From assembly GCF_041886205.1 (NCBI RefSeq), contig NZ_CP169029.1: a stretch of 64,000 nt of DNA. One strand, written 5' to 3'. Shown in pieces: positions 63,549 to 64,000 of the stretch. Numbering within the stretch: position 1 is the stretch's first letter; each line of letters begins with the position of its first letter. Origin of the DNA: Escherichia coli. Lineage in GTDB: Bacteria > Pseudomonadota > Gammaproteobacteria > Enterobacterales > Enterobacteriaceae. The translations under genes and the position numbers were made by a program. The notes under the pieces were generated by a model. That model saw nothing but the letters and a program-made list of their open reading frames with translations, was not told where the DNA came from and searched no databases.

Positions 63549-64000
63549 ACCGCCTCCCGTTGTTGACGATATTTCGCCAGCGCTGTGGCATAGCGGTTGA
63601 AATCAAGCTGATTTACCGCATCCAGTTCCGCCTTTAACGCAGGATCGATAGCGTTAACGCCATGCAACGCGCCGCAAATCGCCGTCGCCATAGCGCCGAT
63701 GGTGTCTGTGTCGCCGCCAAGGTTAGCGCACAGGACGGCGCAGCGATTCGGGTCGGTTTGTGCCAGTTCAACCAGCGCAATGGCGCACGGAACGGACTCA
63801 ATAGTGCTGGTACCTGCGCCAACGACCTGGTAAAGCTGTTCGCTGGCGGATTCGGTGCCGTCGGCATTGCGCACAATTTTCAGCGCAATCTCCAGACGTG
63901 CTGCCAGTGAGGCGCTGAAGGTAGTGATGCGTTTTTGCTGTGCATGTCGCGCAATTGAAGGCAGGGAATCAACAATCGCTGACCAGCTTTCTCCGTCAAT
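63545..64000 (-). CDS. yegU: ADP-ribosylglycohydrolase-family protein YegU; C-terminal part only, the gene continues beyond the right edge
   Basis: The C-terminal sequence ...NLGGDTDTIGAMATAICGALHG is the ARH-family metal-binding motif. The frame is open to the window end. Confidence 0.85.
   Translation of the reverse strand: MDGESWSAIVDSLPSIARHAQQKRITTFSASLAARLEIALKIVRNADGTESASEQLYQVVGAGTSTIESVPCAIALVELAQTDPNRCAVLCANLGGDTDTIGAMATAICGALHGVNAIDPALKAELDAVNQLDFNRYATALAKYRQQREAV

Overview
This is an Escherichia coli-type chromosomal window. It is collinear, in reverse orientation, with the K-12 segment preT-yeiS-sanA-cdd-yohKJ / dusC-yohP-mdtQ-yohF-yohDC-pbpG-dld-bglX-osmF/yehYXW-yohO-mlrA-btsSR-yehSR-yehQPML-yehK-yehI-molR-metG-mrp-yehEDCBA-rcnBAR-thiMD-yegXWVU. 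Most genes are recognisable housekeeping or y-genes. I corrected many ORF-track starts to internal ATGs that give known protein lengths and start/stop coupling. Strain-specific content I can see directly: (1) a six-gene 3-hydroxybenzoate/gentisate catabolic island (LysR regulator, MFS transporter, gentisate 1,2-dioxygenase, FAH-family hydrolase, zeta-GST isomerase, flavin monooxygenase) between yohJ and dusC; (2) a complete 768-bp IS1 with a 9-bp target duplication splitting the fimbrial usher yehB; (3) a 1-nt insertion frameshift in the Ni/Co efflux gene rcnA; (4) a GC-rich, hairpin-dense roughly 270-bp element of unknown family downstream of dusC. The most interesting region is 29.0-47.4 kb. 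It holds three tandem, very large MolR/YehI-family genes (WGR-like N-terminus plus long helical body). One of these is split at a C7 homopolymer and one lacks the WGR module. They are followed by the AT-rich yehK and then a separately terminated, translationally coupled operon: yehL (MoxR-type AAA+), yehM (large unknown protein), yehP (vWA with MIDAS) and yehQ (two SWIM zinc fingers). No function is established for this set. Its composition (NTPase + vWA + zinc finger + duplicated, diversified sensor-like giants) makes it my best candidate for an undescribed multi-component system. Small proteins missing from the ORF track (yohP, yohO), the thiM TPP riboswitch, the RcnR operator dyads, REP elements and several intrinsic terminators were read by hand. 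I found no rRNA, tRNA or CRISPR array.
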